NCBI GenBank assembly: GCA_965531145.1
Contig: CBESOE010000005.1
Location: forward strand, 4,762-68,761
DNA length: 64,000 bases
DNA from: an uncultured bacterium
Lineage (GTDB): Bacteria > Acidobacteriota > JAQAZP01
Direction: 5' to 3'
Shown: positions 26,322 through 34,085 of the stretch, in pieces
Position numbering within the stretch: the first letter of the stretch is position 1
How the letters are laid out: each line of letters starts with the position of its first letter
The notes under the pieces: generated by a model
The model's input: the letters and a program-made list of their open reading frames with translations, nothing else
Database searches by the model: none
What the model was told of the DNA's origin: nothing
Translations under genes and position numbers: made by a program

Positions 26322-26770
26322 CAGGAGTGCCTCCAGAATCCCGGTTCAAATCGCCCTGCCGCGCAGCAGCGCACGGGCCGAAACAGACGGCCACGACAGG
26401 CGGAACCGGCGGATGACAAGAATTCCGATTGGATGTGTGGGAATATGGGCCTTGCCGGCACACCTTGAGAGGATCGGTCGCAAGATGGCAAGCGCTCATT
26501 GATCATAGTACTCACAGGCGAGTCGTACTCGCAATTTCCTTATATCATCAATCCCAACTGTTCACAAAATATTGAACTGTTCGCGCCGGGGAAGATCCAC
26601 CTCTGGGGCCGATGACCCACTGTTTGACGAGACACGCCCGATTCTCTATCCTGAACTTATCGACCGGCGGCAGCGCCGGCAGTGCGCGAACAGTGTATCT
26701 TGCATCCATATAGCCATATTGAGAGTTCCGGTTCGCCGACAAATCGGACCGGCAGTCAGGAGGTAAACCA

Positions 26771-28678
26771 ATGCTGATCCAGACCAGGCAGCGGCCCATC
26801 CTCGGTGTTGTCCTGCTCGCGGTGCTGATCTGTGCCGCAACGGCGGGCGAGGCCCTGGCCCAGGAATACCGCGAACCGGAGGGAACCCCCCTGCCCGAAT
26901 ACGCGCGCAAGATCCACATCGACCGCCCAGTGCCATTCATCGTGGAGAAGGGCATGCGGGGTGCGCCCGAGCTGCCCAACGTCATGATCACCGGGTACTG
27001 GCCGCCGACCAACGAGATGCTGCGCCGTTTCAGTCCCGACCCGGTGCAGAACCCCGACGGCTGGATCGGCGGAAACTGGGAGGGGCGAGGGTTCAATGTC
27101 TACGCCTTTTTCCCCGAATTCCCCGAGGGGCTGGGTCAGGGCGAGGGTGACTTCGAAGTGGACTACCAGGACACCTCGGCGGATTTCTGGCCCATAGCCG
27201 AACAGATCAGACCGGTGGCTATCATCACTTTTGGCCGGGCTTCGCCAAACCGGGATTGGGAGGTGGAGTGGCGCGGACGCAACCTGCCCGAGGCTGACTG
27301 GTTTCCCGACTACGCCGACCCGCGCAAACCCACACCATCCCCGCCCGACGACAGTGTCCCCGACAGCCACATCCGCTACTCCACCCTGCCGATGAATGAC
27401 ATCGTCGACGCCATCAACGACTCGGGGCTGAACATCAACGCCTTTGCCGACACCACCGAGGACGCCGGCGCCTTTCTCTGCGAGTTTGTCGGCTACCATG
27501 CTGCCTGGTATCACGACCTCCACGAATCCGCCGGTGACCCGGATCAGGTCCTCTCCGCCGGCCACATCCACGTGGGGAGCAATATCGGGCTCCCCGATGC
27601 CATTGCCGCCGCCGAGATCACCGTGCGCAGCCTGCTCGACAATCTCGCCCCCTTGCTGGCCCCGCAGGCCGGCCTGATCGCCGGCCCGGGGCCCGCGGAG
27701 AACAATCCGCCCACGGTCCGGGTCTTTGATGCGGAATCGTATGCCGCGCACCGCTACGAGTTCGACGCCTACGGCGTGCCCAAGTATGGCGTCAATGTCT
27801 CCGCCGGCGACCTGGACGGTGACGGGCTGGACGAGATTCTCACCGGCGCCGGGCCAGGCGCGGTCTTCGGCCCCCACGTCCGGGGTTTCGAAGCCTGGGG
27901 CACCCCACTGCCCGGGCTCAGCTTCCTCGCCTACGGCACCAACAAGTACGGGGTGAACGTCTGTGCCGGTGACATCGACGGCGACGGTTTTGACGAGATC
28001 ATCACCGGCGCCGGGCCGGGCGCGGTGTTCGGCCCCCACGTCAGGGCCTGGAACTATGACGGGTCGCCTGGAGTGGCCGCGATACCCGGGGTGAGCTACT
28101 TCGCCTACGGCACCCCGAAGTGGGGGGCCAACGTGGCCTGCGGCGACATCGACGGCGACGGGTTCGACGAGATCGTCACCGGCCCCGGTCCGGGCTCGGT
28201 GTACGGCCCCCACGTCAGGGGCTGGAACGTGGACAACGGCCCGGCCGCCGCCATGCCCACGGTGAGCTACTTCGCCTACGGCACGCTGAAGTTCGGGGTC
28301 AATGTCTGCTGCGGTGACGTGGACGGTGACGGTATGGACGAAATCATCACCGGCGCCGGACCGGGGGCGATCTTCGCCTCCCACGTCCGCGGCTGGAACT
28401 ACGACAACGGCTCCATCGCCTCCCTCCCCGGATTCAGCTACTTTGCCTGGCCCGAGAGCAGTTGCCGCTTCGGAGCCAAGGTCTTCTCCGGTGTGGACCT
28501 GGACGGCGACGGCAGCGACGAGCTGGTGGTGGGCGCAGGCCCCGACCCGGCGGTGGAATCCGCGCTCAAACTCTACCGCTACAACGGCTCGGCGGTCACC
28601 GAATCTCTCTCCCTGCAGCCCTTCCCCGCCGGCTGGACCCACGGTTCCACCGTGGCGGCAGGACGGTTTCAGGACTGA
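26771..28678 (+). CDS. secreted pyroglutamyl-peptidase I (C15)-like domain fused to the C-terminal five-loop propeller module
   Basis: 635 aa, AGGAGG RBS. Signal peptide MLIQTRQRPILGVVLLAVLICAATAGEALA. The head aligns by eye to PGP-I: VMITGYWPP, ITFGRASPNRDWEVEWRGRN (Glu), DAGAFLCEFVGYH (Cys) and SAGHIHVG (His). The C-terminal module is encoded at about 27670-28678 and has 5 DxDxDG loops. Confidence 0.85.
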   Translation: MLIQTRQRPILGVVLLAVLICAATAGEALAQEYREPEGTPLPEYARKIHIDRPVPFIVEKGMRGAPELPNVMITGYWPPTNEMLRRFSPDPVQNPDGWIGGNWEGRGFNVYAFFPEFPEGLGQGEGDFEVDYQDTSADFWPIAEQIRPVAIITFGRASPNRDWEVEWRGRNLPEADWFPDYADPRKPTPSPPDDSVPDSHIRYSTLPMNDIVDAINDSGLNINAFADTTEDAGAFLCEFVGYHAAWYHDLHESAGDPDQVLSAGHIHVGSNIGLPDAIAAAEITVRSLLDNLAPLLAPQAGLIAGPGPAENNPPTVRVFDAESYAAHRYEFDAYGVPKYGVNVSAGDLDGDGLDEILTGAGPGAVFGPHVRGFEAWGTPLPGLSFLAYGTNKYGVNVCAGDIDGDGFDEIITGAGPGAVFGPHVRAWNYDGSPGVAAIPGVSYFAYGTPKWGANVACGDIDGDGFDEIVTGPGPGSVYGPHVRGWNVDNGPAAAMPTVSYFAYGTLKFGVNVCCGDVDGDGMDEIITGAGPGAIFASHVRGWNYDNGSIASLPGFSYFAWPESSCRFGAKVFSGVDLDGDGSDELVVGAGPDPAVESALKLYRYNGSAVTESLSLQPFPAGWTHGSTVAAGRFQD

Positions 28679-28699
28679 CATAAATCAGTAATCCCTGCA

Positions 28700-28727
28700 G
28701 CGCCCCTCCTCCCGGGGGGCGCTTTTT
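28700..28727 (+). terminator. rho-independent terminator
   Basis: Stem gcgcccc / ggggcgc, followed by TTTTT. Confidence 0.7.
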
Positions 28728-28890
28728 CATTTTTTATCGAACCCTGCCCCGCTTTCCCCGTTACTAATCACATAGTAGCCGGAACCAGATGATTTTCCGG
28801 CTCCATTCATCTCTGATAACTGGAGGTCTCTCGCCGCATCCGGGGGGTATGCACTTTATTCATGTCCTTATGTGCAAGGAGACGTGCTCG

Positions 28891-30333
28891 ATGAAGCTCT
28901 GCAGCAAATTTCTGGTTCTGCTCGCTGTCCTGCCGCTGGCTTTTGGCGCCGCGGCCCAGGCGGAGACCTTCAACGGTCTGCCGCTGCACGTGGAAAAGCT
29001 GAGCGACAACGCCATCAGACTGTGGATCGGGGACTACATCTCCTCCACCGCGGTCTCGGCCATCAAAACTGACAAGGGGATCGTGGTCATCGACACCACC
29101 CAGTGCCCCACCCTCGACGAGCAGTTCCGCAAGATCATCGCCAGGGAGTTCGGCCGGGACGACTTCAAGATCCTGATCAACACCCACGAACACTTCGATC
29201 ACACCGCGGGCAACGGCGTCTACTCTGATTGCAAAATCGTCGCCCACGAACTCTGCGCCGAGGGTATGCTGGCCAACCAGGGGGACGTGGAGCGGGTCCT
29301 CGGCTGGTATGAGGAGAACCTGCCCAAGACCGAAGCAAAACTCGCGACCCTGGAAAAGGGCACCGACGAATACAAGAAGACCATGGAGGACCTGGTCACC
29401 TCGAAGATGGAGCTGAAGGCGTTCAAGGCCGGGCTGGAGCTGACCATGCCCACCAAAACTTTTGCCGACACCCTGACCATCCCCATGGGCAACATTACCT
29501 TCGAGCTCTACGCCGTGGGCGGCACCCACACCTCCAGTGACATTTTCGTCTTTGTTCCCGAGGAGGGGCTGCTGTTCACCGGCGACATGATGGCCGACAA
29601 ATGGCTCACCGACACCCCGGGTTGTCTGCAGTCCTTCTCCCTGCGCCAGGGGAACAAGCGGGACATGCCCCGGCTGCTCAAAAACTGGAAGAGCCTGCTC
29701 GACCGCAAGGGCGAGATAACGCTCTACGTTCCCGGCCACTGGAACGGCGAGCTGTCCTACGATGGGTTTGCCGCCCGCTACAACTACCTGGAGACGATGT
29801 ACACCGGCATCAACCAGGCGGTGAAAGACGGCAAACCGCTGGAGGCGATGTTCACCGAGTTCAGCCTGCAGTCCCGGTTCCCCGAGCTGGTCGGACAGCC
29901 CGGGTTCACCCTCGCCTTTGTCCACAACGGCAATATCCTCGCCTTCTGGTCCGACGCCACTGGCGCCGAATCTGCCTGCACCGCCATGGGGGATCTGATC
30001 GAGGAGCACGGCGTCGAGACATCCCTGAACAAGATGCGCAAAATGCACGCCCGGGGCGGGAACGACTACTACTTCCTCGAAGCCGAGTTCAACGCCATGG
30101 GCTATCGCTACGCCACACAGGAGAAATATGACGAGGCCATCGCCGTCTTCACACTGAACACCGAGATGTATCCCGACTCCTGGAATGTCTGGGACAGCCT
30201 GGGTGAGGCCCAGCTGAAGAACGGTCAGACCGACCTGGCCCTGGCCAACTACGAAAAGTCGCTGAAGCTCAACCCCGAGAGCGAATCCGGGAAAGCTGCA
30301 GTTAAGAATATCAAGGCTGCCCAAGTGAACTAG
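28891..30333 (+). CDS. secreted MBL-fold metallo-hydrolase with C-terminal TPR repeats
   Basis: ORF 28789..30333, with the start moved to ATG 28891 (AAGGAG RBS). Signal peptide MKLCSKFLVLLAVLPLAFGAAAQA. Metallo-beta-lactamase motif INTHEHFDHTAGN. C-terminal TPR-like YRYATQEKYDEAIAVF...GQTDLALANYEKSLKLNP. Confidence 0.85.
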   Translation: MKLCSKFLVLLAVLPLAFGAAAQAETFNGLPLHVEKLSDNAIRLWIGDYISSTAVSAIKTDKGIVVIDTTQCPTLDEQFRKIIAREFGRDDFKILINTHEHFDHTAGNGVYSDCKIVAHELCAEGMLANQGDVERVLGWYEENLPKTEAKLATLEKGTDEYKKTMEDLVTSKMELKAFKAGLELTMPTKTFADTLTIPMGNITFELYAVGGTHTSSDIFVFVPEEGLLFTGDMMADKWLTDTPGCLQSFSLRQGNKRDMPRLLKNWKSLLDRKGEITLYVPGHWNGELSYDGFAARYNYLETMYTGINQAVKDGKPLEAMFTEFSLQSRFPELVGQPGFTLAFVHNGNILAFWSDATGAESACTAMGDLIEEHGVETSLNKMRKMHARGGNDYYFLEAEFNAMGYRYATQEKYDEAIAVFTLNTEMYPDSWNVWDSLGEAQLKNGQTDLALANYEKSLKLNPESESGKAAVKNIKAAQVN

Positions 30334-30362
30334 TGACTGGTACCACTCCTCCAGTCCTCTCC

Positions 30363-30400
30363 GGCGTCCCGCATGATGGCAGCGGGGCGCCGATTTTTTT
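30363..30400 (+). terminator. rho-independent terminator
   Basis: 10-bp stem ggcgtcccgc / gcggggcgcc (one G-U pair), 9-nt loop, then gaTTTTTTT. Confidence 0.75.
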
Positions 30401-30484
30401 ATCCGCAACCAGCTGAGATTTGACTTGACCGCTTGAGCAGGTATCCTTTGGTTTTTCCGCAGGCCGCCTCTTGAGACCGGACAA

Positions 30485-32752
30485 ATGAAAACGATCCGCT
30501 TCATCATTGCACTGCTGATCCTTGCCGGGCCGGCCCTGGCTGACGAGAAAAAGACCTACACCATCCAGCGAGCAACTTCGGAAATCACGGTGGACGCCCA
30601 CCTCGACGAAGCGGCCTGGTCAACGGCCCTCACCGTTGAACTGAACTACGAAACCTTCCCCGGCGACAACATTCCGGCCCGGGTGCGCACCGAGTGCCTG
30701 CTGACCTACGACGACACCCATCTCTACGCGGCTTTCCGGGCCCATGACCCGGAGCCGGAGAAGATCCGGGCCCACTACTCGGACCGTGATGCACCGTATA
30801 ACGACGACATGGTCGGGCTGATGCTCGACACCTTCAACGACGAGCGGCGGGCCTACGAGTTCTTTGTCACCCCGCTGGGGGTGCAGATGGACCTGGTGGA
30901 GGACGATGTGAGCGGCACCGAGGACGCCTCCTGGGACGCCACCTGGACTTCGGCGGGCCGACTGACGGAGGATGGATACGTGACCGAACTGGCCATTCCC
31001 TTCCACCAGCTCAGCTTTCCCGCCGGTGAGGGAGTGCAGACCTGGGGCATCGACATCCTCCGCGCCTGGCCCCGGGACCAGAGGTTTCTCTTTCGTCTGC
31101 AGCCCCGGCAGATGGACATCGCCTGTCACTACTGCCAGGTCTCGAAACTCACCGGCCTGGAACGGCTGGAGTCGGGACGAAACCTGGCGTTCTACCCCAC
31201 ACTCACCGGTGTTCACACCGAACGCCGGGAGGATTTCCCCGAGGGCGGTTTTGTTACGGAACGGGAGGAGCTGGAGCCGGGCATCACTACCCGCTGGGGC
31301 GCCACCCCCAACTTCACTGTGGTGGGTGCCATCAACCCCGACTTCTCCCAGGTGGAGGCGGACGTGGCCCAGCTGCGGATCAACCGCCAGTTCGCCCTGT
31401 TCTACCCCGAAAAGAGGCCCTTCTTTCTCGAGGATGCCGACTACTTCCAGACCCCCCTGGAGGCGGTCTACACCCGGACCGTGGCCGACCCGCTGTGGGG
31501 CGCCAGGATCACCGGCAAGCAGGGGGCTAATGCCTGGGGGTTCTTCACCGCCCAGGACGAGGTGACCAATCTGCTCTTCCCGGGCAGCGAAAGATCAATA
31601 TTCACTTCGCTGGACCAGTCCTATCTCACCGGTGTCTTCCGCTACCGCCGGGACGTGGGCCGCCACTCAAACATCGGCATGCTGGTTACCTCCCGCCAGG
31701 GGGCCAACGACTATGAAAACTCTGTCTATGGTGCCGACGGCCAGATCAGGCTCAGTGATGCCGACACCATCCGACTGCAACTGCTGGGGTCCACCACCGC
31801 CTATCCGGACAAGGTGGCCGCGGAATACGATCAACCCCGGGGCACGTTCAGCGACCTGGCCGGCCTGGCCATCTACACCCACAGCGTTCGCAACTGGAAC
31901 TGGTGGATGAGATTCCAGAGCCTGGGCCGTGACTTCCGGGCGGACAGCGGCTTCATCCCCCGGGTGGACTATCGCGCCGCGCATGCCGGGGTGCACCGCA
32001 ACTGGTGGGGCACCGACGAGAACTGGTACAGCCGGATCGGTCTGGGAAGCGGCGTGGACATTACCGAAGACCAGGACGGCAACCCGCTGGAGAAAGAGGC
32101 CGAGTTCTGGTTCGAGGTGCACGGCCCGCTGCAGTCCCACCTGGAAACCGGCGGCGGCGTGCGTGAACTGACCTTCAACGGCGAGACGTTCGACCAGGCC
32201 TTTGGCAAACTCTTCGGTGAGTTCTCACCCAACGCCTGGTTCTCCGGGCGACTGCGGCTGGACTTCGGTGACGAGCTGGATTACGCCAACACGCGGAACG
32301 GCGATCTGCTGCGGGTTCTGCCCAGCGTGACCTGCCGGCTGGGGCAACACTTCCACCTCGAGCTGGGGTACACCTACGAGCAGCTGGATGTGGCCGATCA
32401 GCGGCTGCTGGTTCCCGGACGCCTGCAGGAAGGGCGCCTGTACCAAGCCAACCTGACCGAGCTGCGCGGGGTCTGGCAGTTCAACACCAGGAGTTTTGTC
32501 CGGGCCATCATCCAGTATGCCGACATCGATCGCGCACCCGAGCTCTATTACGAACCGGTGGACCAGCGGACCCGCGACCTCTTCGGCCAATTCCTCTACT
32601 CCTACACGCTCACCCCGCAGACCGTCTTCTTCCTCGGCTACTCGGAGAACCAGCACGGTTGGGACGACCCCTTCAGCGGCACGGACAGCATCGGCCTGAC
32701 CCGCAGCGACTGGACCATCTTCGTCAAGATCGGTTACGCTTGGCTGCTGTGA
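30485..32752 (+). CDS. CBM9-like / DUF5916-type secreted (outer-membrane?) protein
   Basis: 755 aa. Signal peptide MKTIRFIIALLILAGPALA. The N-terminal block IDAHLDEAAWS...LLTYDDTHLYAAFRAHDPEP...RDAPYNDDMVGLMLDTFNDERRAYEFFVTPLGVQMD is typical of that family as I remember it. Ends ...FVKIGYAWLL. Confidence 0.8.
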   Translation: MKTIRFIIALLILAGPALADEKKTYTIQRATSEITVDAHLDEAAWSTALTVELNYETFPGDNIPARVRTECLLTYDDTHLYAAFRAHDPEPEKIRAHYSDRDAPYNDDMVGLMLDTFNDERRAYEFFVTPLGVQMDLVEDDVSGTEDASWDATWTSAGRLTEDGYVTELAIPFHQLSFPAGEGVQTWGIDILRAWPRDQRFLFRLQPRQMDIACHYCQVSKLTGLERLESGRNLAFYPTLTGVHTERREDFPEGGFVTEREELEPGITTRWGATPNFTVVGAINPDFSQVEADVAQLRINRQFALFYPEKRPFFLEDADYFQTPLEAVYTRTVADPLWGARITGKQGANAWGFFTAQDEVTNLLFPGSERSIFTSLDQSYLTGVFRYRRDVGRHSNIGMLVTSRQGANDYENSVYGADGQIRLSDADTIRLQLLGSTTAYPDKVAAEYDQPRGTFSDLAGLAIYTHSVRNWNWWMRFQSLGRDFRADSGFIPRVDYRAAHAGVHRNWWGTDENWYSRIGLGSGVDITEDQDGNPLEKEAEFWFEVHGPLQSHLETGGGVRELTFNGETFDQAFGKLFGEFSPNAWFSGRLRLDFGDELDYANTRNGDLLRVLPSVTCRLGQHFHLELGYTYEQLDVADQRLLVPGRLQEGRLYQANLTELRGVWQFNTRSFVRAIIQYADIDRAPELYYEPVDQRTRDLFGQFLYSYTLTPQTVFFLGYSENQHGWDDPFSGTDSIGLTRSDWTIFVKIGYAWLL

Positions 32753-32761
32753 AACTCCTGC

Positions 32762-33084
32762 TCACTCCTCCCCGAAGGCCCCGGCAGCCAGCCGACCACC
32801 CATGCCCACCAGCTCCGGATCGTAGGCGATGAAGCTGATCCGCGGCATACTGGTCACCGCCACTCCGTCGTAGTTGAAGCCCCGCACGTGGCAGGGGAAG
32901 GAAGTGCCCGGCCCGGGCACGGTGAGAATCTCGTCGATGCCGTCATTGTCCAGGTCACCGCAAGCCACCACCACGCCGAGCCCCGAGGTCTCGCCGTAGG
33001 CGAAGAAGTCCACCCCCGGCATCGGTTCCAGCGTACCGCCGTCATAACTCCAGCCGCAGACCCGCGGGCCCATTGCTGGGCCAC
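32762..33084 (-). pseudogene. 3' fragment of a propeller-module gene (last ~1.7 repeats only)
   Basis: The minus strand reads ..GPAMGPRVCGWSYDGGTLEPMPGVDFFAYGETSGLGVVVACGDLDNDGIDEILTVPGPGTSFPCHVRGFNYDGVAVTSMPRISFIAYDPELVGMGGRLAAGAFGEE*. Upstream of about 33,084 the same frame is shadow sequence antisense to the + gene. There is no start with a signal peptide. Confidence 0.65.
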
Positions 33085-34078
33085 AAATGGCGTGCCTGTC
33101 TGCACCGCGACAGCGATGCAGCGAGAACCGCTGGTGGTTAGCGACGGTGCCGGCGGGGTGATCATCGCTTGGGAAGATTATCGCTACGGCTATTCGGACA
33201 TCATGGCCCAGAGGGTGGACGGTTCGGGCAACCCACTGTGGAATGCGGATGGCAATGCCATCAGCACCGCATCGGAGTACCAGTGGCATCACACCATGGC
33301 CAGCGACGGCGACGGCGGTACCGACTTTCCCCTCACCGAGTACAAGGTCTTTGCCCACACCTCCGACCCCTGGGTCTTCTGGGAGTCGGGTGTGCGCAGC
33401 GGCTGCTCGGTGGACAACCTGGCCCCGGGGGCGCCACTGACCCTGCTTGGCCTGCCGGATGAGACTGACGTCCTGCTCACCTGGGAAGCCAGTGGCGAGG
33501 ACGACGAGGACCTGGCCCACTACAACGTCTACCGCGGCAGTACTCCTGGTTTCGTGGCTGACGAGAACACACTGATCGGCACGGTCACCGACATCGAGTT
33601 CACCGACACCACCCCCGGGCACGGCACCTGGTATTACCGGGTGGCCGGCGAAGATGTGCACGGTAACGTGGGTTCGCCTTCCAACGAGACTGCGGTTCCC
33701 CTGTCCACCTCAACCGTGGCCGCGTCACTGACCTGCATGCCGTCCTCGGGTGTTCTGCCCTTTGTCACCGGCTTCACGGTTCAGATGACCAACCAGTATG
33801 ACGGGCTGACCCGCCGCATTGCCGGGCGGATCAACGTCACCCTGGCCAACGGCACGTCCTACGGTAACTGGCGGGCAGGCAGTACCAATATCGCCGCCGG
33901 CAGCACCTATGTCACCGGTTGGAACCAGCCTATCCCGGCACTGGCTCCACTGGTGGGTGACAACCTGTTCCGGCTGGTGGCCGCCGACGTGACCCCGGCC
34001 CCCTGGAACCAGCCCCCCTATCCCCCGGCCGGGGATACGGATTCCGATACGGCTACTCTTACCGACATCGCACCATGA
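33077..34078 (+). CDS. 5'-truncated (or internally initiated) surface-protein gene: W-x-x-NGV-x-VC repeat, FN3-like domain, C-terminal DVTPAP domain
   Basis: Recognisable sequence starts abruptly at WATNGVPVCTATAMQREPLVVSDGAGGVIIAWEDYRYGYSDIMAQRV. It continues LTWEASGEDDEDLAHYNVYRGS...GTWYYRVAGEDVHGNVG (FN3-like) and ends in a DVTPAP domain. There is no signal peptide. The ORF is open back to 32888 only as antisense of the propeller fragment. The first in-frame ATG inside real sequence is 33116. Confidence 0.6.
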   Translation, partial: WATNGVPVCTATAMQREPLVVSDGAGGVIIAWEDYRYGYSDIMAQRVDGSGNPLWNADGNAISTASEYQWHHTMASDGDGGTDFPLTEYKVFAHTSDPWVFWESGVRSGCSVDNLAPGAPLTLLGLPDETDVLLTWEASGEDDEDLAHYNVYRGSTPGFVADENTLIGTVTDIEFTDTTPGHGTWYYRVAGEDVHGNVGSPSNETAVPLSTSTVAASLTCMPSSGVLPFVTGFTVQMTNQYDGLTRRIAGRINVTLANGTSYGNWRAGSTNIAAGSTYVTGWNQPIPALAPLVGDNLFRLVAADVTPAPWNQPPYPPAGDTDSDTATLTDIAP

Positions 34079-34085
34079 GGTCGTT

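Noticed and set aside
24414-26468. 684-aa plus-strand ORF opposite the 11-heme cytochrome
   Set aside because: Shadow ORF. The minus-strand frame carries 11 CxxCH motifs and a coherent cytochrome b domain, while this frame has no recognisable features.
26600-26625. Possible operator-like near-palindrome (ctgttca-caaaatat-tgaactg; my coordinates are approximate) in the cytochrome / C15-peptidase divergent region
   Set aside because: The half-sites are imperfect (TGTTCA / TGAACT), I could not index the position confidently, and it matches no box that I can name. Too weak to call.
26756-28681. 641-aa minus-strand ORF opposite the C15/propeller gene. Similar shadows occur at 565..2067, 28807..30507, 42987..45182, 51614..52690, 52739..53947, 48531..49835 and 60379..61416.
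   Set aside because: All are antisense to genes with clear signal peptides, repeats or catalytic motifs. They are low-complexity, Arg/Gly/Pro/His-rich translations expected in GC-rich DNA.
32888-33076. N-terminal 63 codons of ORF 32888..34078
   Set aside because: This part is the antisense of the minus-strand propeller fragment. Recognisable protein sequence of the plus gene only begins at about 33077.
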